Source: Candidatus Multivoradales bacterium (GTDB taxonomy: Bacteria > Acidobacteriota > Thermoanaerobaculia > Multivoradales > J023). From it: a DNA stretch of 64,000 bases. The first letter of the stretch is position 1. Every line of letters starts with the position of its first letter. The notes beneath the pieces were generated by a model that did no database searches, was not told where the DNA came from, and saw nothing but the letters and a program-made list of their open reading frames with translations. Location of the stretch: NCBI GenBank assembly GCA_965248925.1, contig CBDFLE010000006.1, positions 768,001 to 832,000 on the forward strand. The letters are read 5' to 3'. Below are positions 38,557 to 48,483 of the stretch, in pieces. The position numbers and the translations under genes are program-made.

Positions 38557-39762
38557 CTAGAAAAGGAGATCTGTGTCGAACAAGACGATCTCTGACCGGC
38601 GGCCGGATCTGACACTGTACGCCAGCACCGCGTGTCGGCCACTGCGATATGGCCGCGGAAAAGTCCCATCTTTGGCTACTTGCTGAGGAAGGCTCCATTG
38701 CTCATCGGTCGGCTTCTTGAACCGGGCGAGAATTCGTTGTCCGGCAGCGCCTGAGGCCTCGAACAAGACCGCCAAACGGCCGTCAGGCAACATGCCGATC
38801 TCTGGCCTGGAAACAAAGCCTGTTGCGGCGTCCGGGATAGCAATAGCCATGCGAGAAGCAAAAGTCCTGCCGCCATCGTTGGAGAAAGCGACATAGATCC
38901 CGGGTTCTGCGCCGGTGAACCAGACCGCCCACAGCACCCTCTCCCCGTCCAGCACCATCCGGGGTCCGGCGTGGGGGCAGCCGTTTAGCCGCCAGTCATC
39001 GCGGGAAACCCATCCCAAACGAGCGAAGCTCCGCCCACCGTCCTGGCTACGAGCCACCGCGATGTCGCGCAGCTCGCCCACTTCGCGATCGCGGTAGGCC
39101 AGCCAAACACCAGCGCTGGAGTCGACGGCTAGCGCCGCCGTGCAACACTCACAAACCACCTTATCAACGGTCAAGTTCTTGCCAATCTTCCCTGCCGGTT
39201 CAATCCGGGCAATACGCACTCCTTGCTCACCTTCGCGCTCATCGAGCCAGCTCAACAACATCTCACCAGACTCGATCCGTAGGCCATCGAGGAAAGACCG
39301 CGAGCCGACCTTGCCATCGTCGTGTATCGCTTGCGGTTCGCTCCAGGAGCGACCACCATCGCTCGAATGTTGCAGATGGATATCAGCATCCCATTGGCCC
39401 GGCGGCGAAGCAACGTAGACCACTGTCAACTCGCCTCCCCGGTGCCAGACCAAGACCGCTGGGCTATCACCCGATGTCTGCACTCGGTACTTCAACGGCG
39501 AGATTGGAATCGGTCCCATTGAATCAGCGCCAAATCGCCGATACTGAAGCCTTGAGTCCTTATCCTCATAGGCGACGTGAAGCCCACCGTCGTCACTCCA
39601 CGCGAGACCGGGGAAACGGCCCGCAAAACGCTCTTCGATGGATCGAGCTTCGACCTGGGGCAGCGCTTGCGCGAACCCAAGAATCGGCAACAGACAGAAA
39701 ACTCCGGCACAACACAACAGAACCCGTAACTCAGCCGGAATCAACCAACCCAGGAATGGCAA
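38557..39762 (-). CDS. BNR-repeat (sialidase-like) beta-propeller with VCECC and GCPH motifs
   Basis: Three SxDGGRxW/F Asp-boxes; VCECC; WRLNGCPHAGP. Confidence 0.8.
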   Translation of the reverse strand: MPFLGWLIPAELRVLLCCAGVFCLLPILGFAQALPQVEARSIEERFAGRFPGLAWSDDGGLHVAYEDKDSRLQYRRFGADSMGPIPISPLKYRVQTSGDSPAVLVWHRGGELTVVYVASPPGQWDADIHLQHSSDGGRSWSEPQAIHDDGKVGSRSFLDGLRIESGEMLLSWLDEREGEQGVRIARIEPAGKIGKNLTVDKVVCECCTAALAVDSSAGVWLAYRDREVGELRDIAVARSQDGGRSFARLGWVSRDDWRLNGCPHAGPRMVLDGERVLWAVWFTGAEPGIYVAFSNDGGRTFASRMAIAIPDAATGFVSRPEIGMLPDGRLAVLFEASGAAGQRILARFKKPTDEQWSLPQQVAKDGTFPRPYRSGRHAVLAYSVRSGRRSEIVLFDTDLLF

Positions 39763-39882
39763 AATGACTCACCTCCGAACACCCACCGATTAAGAAACTA
39801 GTGACCACGGCGAAGAGGGTAGCGATCTAGACACCGCCCTCCGCACCGAGTTCAACAGTCGCGGCAACCGCTCTATTCTACC

Positions 39883-40584
39883 TCACTTCAGGCGAAACAC
39901 CAGAGCACTGCGCAACGCAGACTCGAATCCATCTGAACCCACGCCGACGCCAACGCCAATGTTGAAAGTAAAGCGTTCTGACGGCTCGGAATAGAGCCCG
40001 AGGAGAATCTCATGCTCATCTTCCTCGAAGCTACCTTGCACCTCCAAACCAAGAGCCCAGTCTTCGCCAAACAAGCGCCGGAGGCCAGCCGCGTAGCCCC
40101 ACTCAACCTCGGCCCCGCCGCCCTGATCTTCGCTAGCAATCAAATTGGCGCCGAACAGCCATAAGTCTCCGGCTTGCGATATAGCCAGGCGCAATTCGGC
40201 ACGGTCCTCATGATCGTCGAGGTGCGCGATCTCGTACTCAAAAGAAAGAGAGAGGCCGAAAAGCGACTCCTCCGAATTCAACCGATAGTGCAAGGCTGGG
40301 GACGTCGATTCGTATTCGAAAGACTCGCTTCCCTCCTTGGCGATGTGGGCATGAACCTCGACCGAGAAACGGTTCGTAAGAGCAAAGAGTAAGGTCGGCT
40401 CGACCTCAATCTCTTCCTCCTCGCCCTCGTCGATGTAGCTCGCGGAGGGGATGAAATAGAACTCGCCACCGTGGGGTGTCTCTGAGGTTTGTACCAGCAG
40501 AAAATCGCGACCGTGGTGCGCCGCCAGAGGGGCGGCTACCAGAAAAGTAAGAAGAAGAAGGCGCAGAGTTCGGACAGTAACCAT
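39883..40584 (-). CDS. Putative outer-membrane beta-barrel with N-terminal HH
   Basis: Signal peptide then HHGRDF; alternating amphipathic strands; near-terminal aromatic residue (VFRLK). Confidence 0.7.
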   Translation of the reverse strand: MVTVRTLRLLLLTFLVAAPLAAHHGRDFLLVQTSETPHGGEFYFIPSASYIDEGEEEEIEVEPTLLFALTNRFSVEVHAHIAKEGSESFEYESTSPALHYRLNSEESLFGLSLSFEYEIAHLDDHEDRAELRLAISQAGDLWLFGANLIASEDQGGGAEVEWGYAAGLRRLFGEDWALGLEVQGSFEEDEHEILLGLYSEPSERFTFNIGVGVGVGSDGFESALRSALVFRLK

Positions 40585-40873
40585 TGAAGTCTCCTTGAAA
40601 CGTTAGCCAAATCATCAGTCAGCGCGCAGATCCCTGGGAATCTGCGGATTCATTGTCGGTTCGTCCGGTCCCATGTTGGAAGGGCACCAGGCAAACTGTC
40701 AGACGATGGTGGGAACGCGAGGAGAGTCTATGATGGCGGCTTAGGCGGATCATTCGGCACAAGTGAAAGAGGTAGGAAACAGTACCAAAGGGAAAAACCC
40801 GCCACCACCAAAGGCTCGATCGCTGCCAGCCTGGTCCCGACACCCTTGACTGAATTGCTAGACGTCAGGCTAG

Positions 40874-42370
40874 CAGCCCGTGGTGAAAGTCCCGATTACG
40901 GCCGTCTTGGCGATCTTCCCTGGTAGAATCTTTCCACCCGAGGGAGGTAGCGACCATGGCGATGGGCAGGCGAAGCAATCGAAGACAGCGGCAGCTCTGG
41001 GTGGAAACCCAGGCGCTGGCCAAGTCCCCAGGACATCCTTTCTACGAGCGTCTGTCCAAGATTCTCGACAAGCACGGTTTCGATCGCTTTATCGAGGAGC
41101 AGTGCGCGAGGTTTTACGCTACGAGGATGGGACGGCCTTCGCTGGCGCCCGCGGTGTATTTTCGGTTGCTGTTGATCGGCTTCTTCGAGGGTATCGACTC
41201 TGAGCGAGGTATCGCATGGCGGCTTGCGGATTCGATGACTCTGCGCGACTTTCTGGGCTTCGAACTCTCGGACCAGACCCCGGACCATTCGACGCTCTCT
41301 CGGACCCGTCGCCTGATCGATCTCGAGACCCATGAGGCGGTGTTTGCTTGGGTTTTGCAAGTACTGGCGAAGGCTGGCTTGCTCCGGGGAAAGACGCTGG
41401 GCATCGATGCGACGACCCTCGAGGCGAACGCGGCGATGCGCAGCATCGTGCGTCGAGACTCGGGCGAGAGCTACGAAGAGTTTCTCACGCGCCTGGCCGA
41501 GGCTTCGGGTGTGGAGACCCCGACGCGAGCGGATCTGGCGCGTTTTGACCGCCAAAGGAAGAACAAAAAGACGTCGAACGGCGACTGGAAGAACCCCCAC
41601 GATCCCGACGCCAAAGTCACGCGAATGAAGGATGGGCGGACGCATCTGGCGCACAAAGCCGAGCATGCGGTGGATATGGAGACGGGTGCGGTTGTGGCGG
41701 TGACGGTGCAACCTGCAGACCGAGGGGACACGTCGAGCCTAGAGCGGACGTTGGATGAAGTCGCTGCGGTGCTGGAAGATGTCGTTGAGAATTCGGAGGC
41801 TGGCGATCACTTGAGCGAGAAAGTCCGTTCAGAGCTGGTGGCTGACAAGGGCTATCACAGTAACGCGGTCATGAAGGCACAGCGTCAAGGGAAGATTCGA
41901 ACCTATATTTCGGAACCGGATCGAGGCCGACGCAACTGGTACGGCAAAGAGGCGGAGAAGCAAGCGGTGTATGCCAACCGTCGACGGATCAAGGGTCGTC
42001 GAGGCCGCGAGCTGTCGCGGCGTCGAGGAGAGAAAGTAGAACGCACCTTTGCCCATTGCTACGAGACTGGCGGTATGAGAAGGACCCACCTTCGAGGTCA
42101 CGACAACATCCGCAAAAGGTTGCTGATTCACATCGCGGGATTCAATCTTGGGCTGCTGCTTCGTCAAATGTATGGAGCCGGCACTCCACGGGCCCTTCAG
42201 GGCTTTCTTTCGGCTCTCGAACAGGGCTTTCGCGCCGTATGTAGCTTGCTGAGCTGGCTTCTGCCGCACGAGAGCGGATATTGGCCACTAAGATCTTCGA
42301 TCAGACCACCTGCGCCGGCTGGCCTCAATTTAGGCCACATTTTGTAGAAACGGACTTCTGCCACGGGCTG
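40874..42370 (+). mobile_element. IS1182/IS5-like insertion sequence, copy 2
   Basis: Same IRs and length as copy 1; CTAG duplications at 40870-40873 and 42371-42374. Confidence 0.92.
40956..42347 (+). CDS. DDE transposase, same protein as 3948-5339
   Basis: Identical 463-aa translation. Confidence 0.92.
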   Translation: MAMGRRSNRRQRQLWVETQALAKSPGHPFYERLSKILDKHGFDRFIEEQCARFYATRMGRPSLAPAVYFRLLLIGFFEGIDSERGIAWRLADSMTLRDFLGFELSDQTPDHSTLSRTRRLIDLETHEAVFAWVLQVLAKAGLLRGKTLGIDATTLEANAAMRSIVRRDSGESYEEFLTRLAEASGVETPTRADLARFDRQRKNKKTSNGDWKNPHDPDAKVTRMKDGRTHLAHKAEHAVDMETGAVVAVTVQPADRGDTSSLERTLDEVAAVLEDVVENSEAGDHLSEKVRSELVADKGYHSNAVMKAQRQGKIRTYISEPDRGRRNWYGKEAEKQAVYANRRRIKGRRGRELSRRRGEKVERTFAHCYETGGMRRTHLRGHDNIRKRLLIHIAGFNLGLLLRQMYGAGTPRALQGFLSALEQGFRAVCSLLSWLLPHESGYWPLRSSIRPPAPAGLNLGHIL

Positions 42371-43320
42371 CTAGGGCCGGCCGCCCCCCCTCGCTCGTTA
42401 CAGTTCCAGCCTGCCTGGCGCTCACCCTGGTGGTCGCAGTCCATGAAGTCGTGCCCTTTCAGTCGACAGAGCACACAACATCCATCGCTAATCTCGCAAG
42501 CAGCGGAGCTGCCATCGCGGACCGCGGAGGCAATCTGCACGACATTGCTCCACAACATCAGCACCACTACCAGGACGCAGTGAGCCCTACGAACACAGGA
42601 CCCTTTATCAGCCAGAGATATCATGTCTTCCCAGATCGAGCCTCCTACCAGCGACTAACCCTGGGCCGCCAGCTGCTCAAAGCTGGCCATGCCGAGTTAA
42701 CGATCGCCCATCGAGGTTTTGCGTTGTCGATGATCGCGGCGATTCGGCCATGCCCCGCTTTATTCTCGGAATCTGCGGAAAGCCGATTCTCAAACAGAAC
42801 ATTTGGTCGTGAACTCCGTGGTGAAAAAACGGCTAGGACCTGGGAGCTATCCTGAGGTGTTCGTATCAGATCCCTTCATGACCCTCTCTGTTTGAGGCAA
42901 ATTCCACTGAACTATCTGCTGACTTCTTTCTCGCAAGTCCTGGCCACTCGCGGACCACATTCACAAAAAGCCAAGTGTTCCATTACTTTAGCAGGCTCTA
43001 TATTTCTCGCTGGCCAGCCCGCTTTCCGAAGGGGTTCTGAACGAACTTCTCCCAGAGAAGATTTCAGCATGAACGGCTTTCATACTCATATCCGACCGAC
43101 ACCGAGAGCAACTCCCGCGCACCTACCAGCCAGGCGCGCCTGAACATCTCGACGTCGACAAGTTCGAGAGCGACGACAGGTACAGACTGCACATGGGCAG
43201 CCAAAATCAGGCCCGGCTAACGCTACCGAGAATCCCTGAGCTGGCGAACTCAAGCATCTAATATTGATCAGAAATGGACAGAATGCTCGGCCAATTGATC
43301 ATCGAAACCAGCTGTGTTAG

Positions 43321-44034
43321 TCAGTAAATACCACCAGGCTCGAGAGTCAACACTTCACAAGCTACACCACGCTCGCGGAGAGCTCGTTCGAACCCTGCCG
43401 GAGTACCAGTGAGCAGCGGAAAGGTGCCCCAGTGGATCGGGATCACTTGTCGTACTTCGAGGAATTCACAGGCTCGGGCAGCTAGCTCGACACCCATGGT
43501 GAAGCGGTCGCCGATGGGCAGGAAGGCGAGTTCTGGGCTGTAGATTTCGGCGATCAACTTCATGTCGGAGAACAGGCCGGTGTCGCCCGCGTGGTAAAAG
43601 GTGTAACCCCCCGGCAGGCGGACCACGTAGCCGGATGGATCGCCAGCGTAGATCATCTGCTCGCCCTCCATCAGGCTGGAGGTGTGTTGGGCATGGACCT
43701 GGGTGACGGTGGTGCCTAACACCTGCTGGCTGCCGCCGATGTTCATCGGTGAGCAACCCTCGACCCCTTTCGATTCCAGCCAGGTACATATTTCGAAAGT
43801 CGCCACGATGGTTCTTGGCCGGTAGCGCCGGGCGATCTCTACCGTGTCGCCCATGTGGTCGAAGTGGCCGTGGGTAATCAAAATGGCATCGACGCGCTCT
43901 AGCTGATCGATGTCTAGCGAGCAAGAGGGATTGCCGTTCACCCATGGCTCGATCAAGATGCGCTCGCCATTGGGCAAGTCGCACAAGACGGTGGAATGAC
44001 CGAGGTAGGTGAAGGTGGGGCGCTGTTCAGACAT
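43321..44034 (-). CDS. Metallo-beta-lactamase-fold hydrolase (UPF0173)
   Basis: YLGHS, THGHFDH, YHAGDT, LPIGDRFTMG, PIHWGTFP. Confidence 0.9.
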   Translation of the reverse strand: MSEQRPTFTYLGHSTVLCDLPNGERILIEPWVNGNPSCSLDIDQLERVDAILITHGHFDHMGDTVEIARRYRPRTIVATFEICTWLESKGVEGCSPMNIGGSQQVLGTTVTQVHAQHTSSLMEGEQMIYAGDPSGYVVRLPGGYTFYHAGDTGLFSDMKLIAEIYSPELAFLPIGDRFTMGVELAARACEFLEVRQVIPIHWGTFPLLTGTPAGFERALRERGVACEVLTLEPGGIY

Positions 44035-44063
44035 CAGTCTTCTCCGGATGAGTAATGAACCTT

Positions 44064-44897
44064 CTACGGTCGGGAGCGGTTCTCCGCGACGACAAAGCGA
44101 GTCGCAGGCACTGGCTCGCCACGCAAGGCCGCCAGCAGACGACCGGGCACTGAGCCGTCGAGGATCCAAGATTCGATTCCGAGCCGAGCCATGGCGCGGG
44201 CAGCCTCCAGACGGTGGGTCATGCCGCCGGTGACGTCGGTGCCAGCCGAGCCGCCGGTCGAGCGACGGACAGCGGCAAAACTATGGCGGTCGATCTTGGG
44301 GATCAGGCGGCCGTCGTCATCGAGCACACCTGCGGTCACGCCGGCCCACACCACCCGTCGCGGCCGCCGACCGACTCTTGCCAACCGGCGGGCCAAAGCC
44401 AGAAGCACGGACTCGGTGGAGCAAATCGAGGCGCCGCGCTGGCGATCGAGCACAATATCGCCCCTGACCACCGGCAGCAGCCCTAGATCAAGCGCCCGCC
44501 GCAGAGGTTCGAGAGCCACCGACACCGGCTGTCCGGAGCTGGCAACCAAGCTGCTGGATGGAGCCAGTGAGAATGGCTCAGCGCCAGCTTGGATCAAGGC
44601 CTCAATTAGCAGCCGGTGGAGCTCTGCCGCCTGCCACTGAGTCACGCTGACGCCGACCAACGGTTGGCGCTCGCCGGTCGGGCCCACAAGACCTTGACCG
44701 AGATCGTAGCGCTGTGCTGCAACATGGCCGAAAGAACCACTACCGTGGCCCAACACCAGCTGTTCGGGCAGTTCGGCGTGAGCCGTCGCCACCTCCTGTG
44801 CCAGGCGTGCGATGACCACCGAATGCGCTTGCGATTCACCTCTCTTGTCGGTCAGCAGGCTGCCACCGAGCTTGATCAGAATGGGGCCAGCGGCCAT
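44064..44897 (-). CDS. ipk: Isopentenyl phosphate kinase
   Basis: KLGGSLLT, HGSGSFGH and DVTGGM signatures; located in the MVA cluster. Confidence 0.88.
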   Translation of the reverse strand: MAAGPILIKLGGSLLTDKRGESQAHSVVIARLAQEVATAHAELPEQLVLGHGSGSFGHVAAQRYDLGQGLVGPTGERQPLVGVSVTQWQAAELHRLLIEALIQAGAEPFSLAPSSSLVASSGQPVSVALEPLRRALDLGLLPVVRGDIVLDRQRGASICSTESVLLALARRLARVGRRPRRVVWAGVTAGVLDDDGRLIPKIDRHSFAAVRRSTGGSAGTDVTGGMTHRLEAARAMARLGIESWILDGSVPGRLLAALRGEPVPATRFVVAENRSRP

Positions 44898-44905
44898 GGC
44901 ACGGT

Positions 44906-45907
44906 TCAGAATAGGTGCTCGCTCTCGCTGCGCGGACCGTGGCCGACCTGGTCTTCGATCACTTGGCTGACGCCAGCGGTCTCGGCCAAGCGACGAGCAA
45001 CTCGTGTCGCCGACTCCGGCCGGCAAATGACGTGGACGTTGGGACCGGCATCGAGAGTGCTGTAGGCCTCGACCCCGTCGCGACGTAGCTGGCGCACCGC
45101 CGACAACACCTCCAGAGTAGCTGGCTGCCAGTAGAAGATCGCCGGTAGCGAGGTCATCGCCACGCAGTGCAGATCGACGGCCTCGGCTTCGATGGTCTCG
45201 CCCAAAGCGGTCAAGTCGCGCTCTTCGAGGGCCCGTCGGACGATCTCCAGGCGGTCCGGCAATGCGCCTTGGCGGGCCCGCCAGTAGGGGCTTGAGCGGG
45301 CCCGCCTGTGCCCTTCGAGAGACGAGGTTCGCTTCGGTTCGGTGGCCACCAGGGCGATGACATCGGCCAGCTGCCAATGATCGGCCGAGTGAATCTGCTC
45401 CGCCCAGCCATCTTCAGCCGGGCCGAACGGCCATTCGACATAGCCACCACTGACCGAGCGCGAAGCGGAACCGGAGCCGCTCATCCGGGCCAAGCGCGAG
45501 GCCTCGAACTCACTCACCGAACGGCCTAGAGCAGCCACCGTCGCCAGGGTCAGAGCAGCAAAGCCGGAGGCCGAGGAGGCCAATCCGGCGGCGGCAGGAA
45601 ACGAATTCTCGGTGGCGACGCGGAAATGACCCTCGACCTCTGCCCAACGCCGCAGATTGCCCAACTGACCGAGGATGCGAGAAGCGAAATCCGGCGGCGC
45701 CTCCTCGAGCGCACCAGCACCACCGCGCCACCGCACTTGACCATCACCCGCGGCGGCGAGCCACTCCACCGTGGTGCGGCTACGACAATGCTCTAGGGTC
45801 ATCGAGATCGAGGGATTGGCCGGAATTGCCCGACCGAGATCTTTGGCCCCCCAATACTTGATGAAGGCGATGTTCGAAGGTGCGGAGATCGTTGCCTTGT
45901 GCGACAT
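44906..45907 (-). CDS. mvaD: Mevalonate (di)phosphate decarboxylase, probably monophosphate-specific
   Basis: NIAFIKYWG, GLASSASGFAAL, SGSASRS, DAGPNVH. Confidence 0.9.
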   Translation of the reverse strand: MSHKATISAPSNIAFIKYWGAKDLGRAIPANPSISMTLEHCRSRTTVEWLAAAGDGQVRWRGGAGALEEAPPDFASRILGQLGNLRRWAEVEGHFRVATENSFPAAAGLASSASGFAALTLATVAALGRSVSEFEASRLARMSGSGSASRSVSGGYVEWPFGPAEDGWAEQIHSADHWQLADVIALVATEPKRTSSLEGHRRARSSPYWRARQGALPDRLEIVRRALEERDLTALGETIEAEAVDLHCVAMTSLPAIFYWQPATLEVLSAVRQLRRDGVEAYSTLDAGPNVHVICRPESATRVARRLAETAGVSQVIEDQVGHGPRSESEHLF

Positions 45908-46187
45908 GGATTCCTTCCGATAAGTGAGACGATTGCGAGGATGATCATAGACCAGATTCAGCCCTCCTTGCAGCCCGGGAGGGGATCCCCTACCTGCCTC
46001 TTGGTTGACACTCCCAAAGGGCCGTGAGACCATCAATTCAACCCTTGAAACTGCTGCACCACCGGCGTCTGGCCCAGCACCCCGAGCCCTCTGGAGCAGC
46101 GCGGCTTTACCGCCAGCGTGGCGAGTTCACCACAATCGCTAGTGCATGGGTTCGCCGACTAGCACAGCCCACTGATCGACAGTCTTC

Positions 46188-47225
46188 ATGAGCCAGACCC
46201 CACCCTTACCTGACATTCCAACAGGCCCGCCACAGGCTCTCGTCGACGCCTACTCCAGTGCTGAGACCATCGCCGCCCGCGACCTCAACAACCTGTATTT
46301 GACCAGTTGCTATTTTGCCGACCGACAACGCTATTGGGCATTCTGCGCCATGTATTCGGTGATGCGGGTGGTCGATGATCGGATCGATGCGATCCCCTCG
46401 CGAAGTGATCTTGATACTGACCAGCGCCAGCGTGAACATGCCGTAGTGGATGCTTGGGCGGCAGCTCTCGAAGGAGCCCAGCGCGGCGCCCCGGCGAGCC
46501 GGCGGCAGATCGCTGCCTGCGAAGACCCCCAAGCCGCCGACCTGCTGCAAGTCTGTGCCGACGCCATGCACCGCTTTCCCGTGCCGCTGTCTCTTTGGCG
46601 CAATTTCTTCGCCGCCATGCACCTGGACCTCGACCAACCTCGTTTCGCCACTTACCAGGGCTTTCTCGACTACACCGAGGGAGCCAGCGTCGCGCCGACG
46701 ACGATCTACCTGTATCTGATCAGCGCCCAACAAGCAGCGCCGGGTGAGCCCTATCTGTTGCCCGCCGACTTCGACCTGATCGGCTGCGGGCGTCATCTCG
46801 GCACCTTCGCTTATCTCGGGCATATCGTCCGCGACTTGGCCGAGGATCTGGCCACCGGCGACGAGGGTTTGATCTATGTCGCGACCGACGATCTGACTCA
46901 CTTCGGACTCGACGAAGCGGCCCTTCGGCGCGACCTAGCGGCCAAAAAAGCGAGCCCTGCGCTACGCCAGCTAGTGGCCGAACTGCGCCTCCGTTCAGGC
47001 CGCCACTTGACAGCGGGTCGCCGTCTGCTAGCGCCGCTCAGCGGCAGCCTGGCCGCCGATTGCTCCTACATCTTGGAGTTGATCCTGACCATCTACCAGC
47101 GGGTCTTGGGGAAGATCGAGCAAGCAGGTGACGATCCGATGGCCGAGCGCCACCGTCTCAGCATGGAGGAGAAAGAAGAGATCGCTCTCGAAGTCGCCGA
47201 GCGGGTAGGATTCGCTCCGGAGTAG
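46188..47225 (+). CDS. Squalene/phytoene synthase-family protein
   Basis: RVVDDRID and IVRDLAED Asp-rich motifs. Confidence 0.82.
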   Translation: MSQTPPLPDIPTGPPQALVDAYSSAETIAARDLNNLYLTSCYFADRQRYWAFCAMYSVMRVVDDRIDAIPSRSDLDTDQRQREHAVVDAWAAALEGAQRGAPASRRQIAACEDPQAADLLQVCADAMHRFPVPLSLWRNFFAAMHLDLDQPRFATYQGFLDYTEGASVAPTTIYLYLISAQQAAPGEPYLLPADFDLIGCGRHLGTFAYLGHIVRDLAEDLATGDEGLIYVATDDLTHFGLDEAALRRDLAAKKASPALRQLVAELRLRSGRHLTAGRRLLAPLSGSLAADCSYILELILTIYQRVLGKIEQAGDDPMAERHRLSMEEKEEIALEVAERVGFAPE

Positions 47226-47267
47226 GCCCGAAGTGGGCTCTTGGCGAACCCGGCGGAGTCCGCAGGC

Positions 47268-48344
47268 TCAAGCGACCTCGCGTCGCAGCCCTTCGGCGCC
47301 GAGCCGCAGATCGAGCCGTTCCAAGGGTTTGAGGAACGGCCAACTCTCGACCCGCGCGCTGGGGTGATAAACCAACAGACTGCCAGCGCCAGAGCCGGTC
47401 AATGCGCCGGCTCCGGAGATCTTTGCCGCGCCACCCTTTTCTTCTATTAGGCGTACCAGCCGTCGCACCGCTGCTGGCACCACCCCGAGAGCTTCGAGTT
47501 CTCGCTCGAAGACGCGGATCAAGCGAATAACCCGGTGGCCGCTCTCAGACGGCCCTTCGAGTTCCAGTCGTAGTTCGGCGGTGGCCGCAGCCATCCGGTC
47601 GAGGCGCTCCTGGAATGCCTCTTGGTTGTTCTCACCCAATCGTCGCACCGCCGCCACCACCGCTCCAGTGGACTCATTGGGAGTGCCACTGTTGTAAATC
47701 CGGATGTTCTCCAGCAGCGCTGAGCGAGTGTGCAGCGATTCGACCCGCAAGGCTCCTGATTCTCGCCGACGAGTCTTCAGCAGCCCCCCTTGGATGACGG
47801 CGGCGTTGTCGACCCCGGACGGCAGGCCATGCTGCCGCCGCTCGACTTCGAGGGAGGTGTGGTGCAGAGCGCGCCGACCTACTTTGGCCCCGCGCAGGCA
47901 GAAGTAAGCGTGCTGAACCGCCACCGCCGCCGCTGCGGAACTGCCGAAGCCTGCCCCTTGCGGGATTCGCGAGTCGATTCGCAAGACGAGGGATGGGCCA
48001 CCATCTTCTTTCAGGAACTGCGCCGCCTCGCCCAACGCCACTTTGACGACATGGGCCGGATCGGTGCCGCGAACACTAGTGAAAATCGACGGATCGGGAT
48101 CGCGCCGGTAGGCCTCCCAGCGCAGCCGAGCTGCCCGTGAATAGTCGATCAACTCAGGCCAAGGGACTTGCTCGTCAACCCCCAATTGGGGCAGATCCAG
48201 CTGAACGCCCGAGAATCCGCCAGTGGCGGTCATCACCACCGTCAACCGTCGATCCACCGCGGCGACCAGAGCCGGCCGGCCGTAAACTGCGGCGTGCTCG
48301 CCCATCAGGATGGTCTTGCCCGGTGCCGATACTTTGACCTTCAA
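47268..48344 (-). CDS. mvk: Mevalonate kinase
   Basis: APGKTILMGEHAAVYG, GAGFGSSAA, HGLPSGVD, AKISGAG; TTG start after GGAG. Confidence 0.9.
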   Translation of the reverse strand: MKVKVSAPGKTILMGEHAAVYGRPALVAAVDRRLTVVMTATGGFSGVQLDLPQLGVDEQVPWPELIDYSRAARLRWEAYRRDPDPSIFTSVRGTDPAHVVKVALGEAAQFLKEDGGPSLVLRIDSRIPQGAGFGSSAAAAVAVQHAYFCLRGAKVGRRALHHTSLEVERRQHGLPSGVDNAAVIQGGLLKTRRRESGALRVESLHTRSALLENIRIYNSGTPNESTGAVVAAVRRLGENNQEAFQERLDRMAAATAELRLELEGPSESGHRVIRLIRVFERELEALGVVPAAVRRLVRLIEEKGGAAKISGAGALTGSGAGSLLVYHPSARVESWPFLKPLERLDLRLGAEGLRREVA

Positions 48345-48483
48345 GAGTTTCTCCAGAATTGGGCTATCCCGTGCATGGCCAGTCGGCCTGCGGTGCCCGT
48401 TAGTCATTTTCTGTGAGAACCCGCCCATTATGTCAGAAGGCGCAAGGGCGACAGAACTACCCTTTTTGCCAATCTCTACCGGC

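Larger units (their letters stand above)
40728..42624 (-). pseudogene. Small Cys/His-rich ORF with a C-terminal PPKPP, split by the IS
   Basis: Removing the IS and one CTAG gives a continuous 131-aa ORF ending ...VPNDPPKPPS*. Confidence 0.6.

Noticed and set aside
3866-42370. Composite transposon bounded by the two IS copies
   Set aside because: Each copy has its own target duplication and interrupts a gene that rebuilds in frame, so they are independent insertions.
42640-43320. Long intergenic region as a riboswitch, or ORFs 42430-42855 and 42892-43143
   Set aside because: No recognisable RNA motif or protein signature; an Infernal/Rfam scan would be needed.
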